A stretch of DNA of 64,000 nt from Octopus bimaculoides (Eukaryota). The DNA is taken from positions 92,855,649-92,919,648 of the forward strand of contig NC_068989.1 in NCBI RefSeq assembly GCF_001194135.2, written 5' to 3'. The position numbers and the translations under genes are program-made. Below are positions 63,075 through 64,000 of this stretch, piece by piece. Every line of letters starts with the position of its first letter. Within the stretch, counting starts at the first letter, position 1. The notes beneath the pieces are model-generated. The model was not told the origin of the DNA and made no database searches. It worked only from the letters and a program-made list of their open reading frames with translations.

Positions 63075-63908
63075 TGAAAGCTTGTGGATATCTAAGGTTA
63101 CTGGTAGTAACTCGCTATCCACATAAACTCTGCTTAGAATAAGAACGAGCCTGAGTCAAATCAATACTAACAATAATTAGAGCAGGCTTTGAGAACAAAT
63201 TCTATCAAGTCCTCTATAGACCACACATCAGAGTCACCATTGTGCATATAATGTGGGCAGGAAGCTGAAAGTGTTCGTCACGTTATCAGTGGCTGTTCAT
63301 AGTTAGCATGAAAAGTGTACGGACGTTGACATGACAAGGTCTATCCTAGGGCGTATTGGGAATTCTGCAAAAATACGCCTTTATGTGCACAGATAATTTC
63401 TATGACTAAATTCCACAGACTTTGGTTGACAATGAGCGAATAAAACTCATATAGGACCTGGTCGGTTTTACAGACAGGCATGTGGAGCATAATTGCCATG
63501 ATATTACAATTGTATTCGAAGACACACATAAATGGGTCATGACAGGCATCGCTGTTCCTGCTGACCAGAATGTTGAAATCAGCGAAAGGGTAAAGGTAGA
63601 TAAATACCAGGATTAGGCGAGCCAGGTACGAGAAACACAAGAGGCAACAGACAAAATGTGTTCTTTGTTCATCAATGCACTCGGAACAGTTTCAAAGAAT
63701 CTGGAGGCAATACGTGAGGACTAAGGCATACCAGATATTGGTACAAATGTAAGGGTAGAACAGCTACAAAAGCCAGCATCGCTTGGAACTGCAGGAAGTT
63801 TTCGTAGGGTTCTTGAAGCATGACCGGTAAAACACTTTAGTCTGTTGGCTGTGGACCCCCAACACTTTCCTTCATACCCAGCAAAATAAGCTGAGAGTTT
63901 TCATTAAG
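63075..63908 (+). mobile_element. Older R4/Dong-type LINE 3' portion (knuckle, RLE and 3' UTR)
   Basis: EQALRTNSIKSSIDHTSESPLCI*CGQEAESVRHVISGC..HDKV..YWEFCKKY..TDRHVEHN..IAVPADQNVEISERVKVDKYQD..INALGTVSKNL..LQKPASLGTAGSFRRVLEA*. Confidence 0.88.
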
Positions 63909-63922
63909 TAATAATAATGATG

Positions 63923-64000
63923 ATGATTTCAAATTTTGGCACGAGGCCAACAATTTTGGGGAGGGGATAAGTCTAGTATATCAACCCCAGTGCTTGGCAG
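63923..64000 (-). mobile_element. SINE family B 3' end (cut by the window edge)
   Basis: gatttcaaattttggcacgaggccaacaattttggggaggggataagtc...ccccagtgct. Confidence 0.9.

Overview
AT-rich, microsatellite-saturated animal DNA from a gapped draft assembly (24 N-runs, most flanked by simple repeats). The SINE repertoire is most consistent with an Octopus genome; this is from recognition of the repeat families and is not verified by a search. No complete protein-coding gene is visible, and most ORF-track entries are microsatellite or N-gap artefacts. The window is an intron or intergenic region filled with retroelement debris. It holds more than 30 tRNA-derived SINE copies or fragments from about 5 families. 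It also holds five R4/Dong-type (RLE endonuclease) LINE fragments, one RTE LINE fragment, one CR1/L2-group LINE, a rearranged mariner, Tigger/pogo-type MITEs, a Helentron-like (HINE) fragment and Penelope-like terminal repeats with minimal hammerhead motifs. The best observations are: (1) a CR1-like LINE whose RT core is replaced by an exact 163-bp copy of DNA lying 2.6 kb downstream, with microhomology at both junctions; (2) a fold-back mariner built from two inward-facing 5' ends; (3) Dong-like LINE 3' ends joined tail-to-tail to the same SINE family through TAA arrays, twice; (4) variant-core hammerhead motifs; (5) a SINE body carrying a tRNA-Thr(AGT) head; (6) an unexplained 1.3-kb coding-like segment and possible minus-strand exons. 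I found no evidence of a wholly new multi-gene system.
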